This document shows, in pieces, positions 63,825-64,000 of a DNA stretch of 64,000 nucleotides. The notes under the pieces were generated by a model. It had not been told where the DNA came from. It made no database searches and saw only the letters and a program-made list of their open reading frames with translations. This DNA is from an uncultured Alphaproteobacteria bacterium (GTDB taxonomy: Bacteria; Pseudomonadota; Alphaproteobacteria; HIMB59; GCA-002718135). The first letter of the stretch is position 1. The number at the start of each line of letters is the position of its first letter. The position numbers and the translations under genes are program-made. The stretch spans positions 7,199 to 71,198 of the forward strand of contig CACNHX010000003.1 in assembly GCA_902620425.1 (NCBI GenBank). The letters are read 5' to 3'.

Positions 63825-63998
63825 TTATAATTTTCTCAAAATGAATAAAGAGGGAATTCTCTCATAATTAATTGCTTTTTTATAATATTTTGTCTCAACA
63901 TCGAAATAATCTTTTATATGTAGATTCATTTCTGATTGGTTTAACCACGCAAAATAATCCTTACAATTGTAAATTGAGTTTAAAATAAACCTTGTATA
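63825..63998 (-). CDS. 3' end of an unidentified gene truncated by window edge
   Basis: Open frame YTRFILNSIYNCKDYFAWLNQSEMNLHIKDYFDVETKYYKKAINYERIPSLFILRKL*. It does not look like RimP; the ending is loosely reminiscent of SAM-methyltransferase C-termini. Confidence 0.5.
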   Translation of the reverse strand, partial: YTRFILNSIYNCKDYFAWLNQSEMNLHIKDYFDVETKYYKKAINYERIPSLFILRKL

Positions 63999-64000
63999 AA

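Overview
Very AT-rich, extremely compact chromosomal segment of a streamlined alphaproteobacterium. The gene set, synteny (gltD-gltB, chvI-chvG-ahcY, regB-regA, fabA-fabB-fabI, aroA-cmk-rpsA-ihfB-pyrF-trpFBA-accD-folC) and near-zero intergenic DNA resemble SAR11/Pelagibacterales or HIMB59-like genomes; this assignment is an inference. Most of the window is core housekeeping: LPS synthesis and export, glutamate synthase, aromatic amino acids, methyl cycle, replication (dnaA-dnaN-recF-gyrB, polA), fatty acids and translation (nusA-infB-rbfA-truB-rpsO-pnp). I found no rRNA, tRNA, CRISPR array or mobile element. The unusual part is 30.9-35.2 kb. It holds a eukaryote-like class I ribonucleotide reductase operon: NrdA with two dissimilar ATP cones, NrdB with Glu at the first metal-ligand position plus a retained radical Tyr, and a glutaredoxin whose C-terminus (TFDEEF) copies the NrdB alpha-binding tail (SFDEAF). 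Its promoter carries a LexA-type box and tandem NrdR boxes. Facing it is an unannotated 42-aa ORF resembling the ribosome-rescue factor ArfA. Other points of interest are a terminator/attenuator directly before nusA without rimP, an Fpg lacking its zinc-finger cysteines, and repeated 4-nt stop/stop overlaps between convergent genes.
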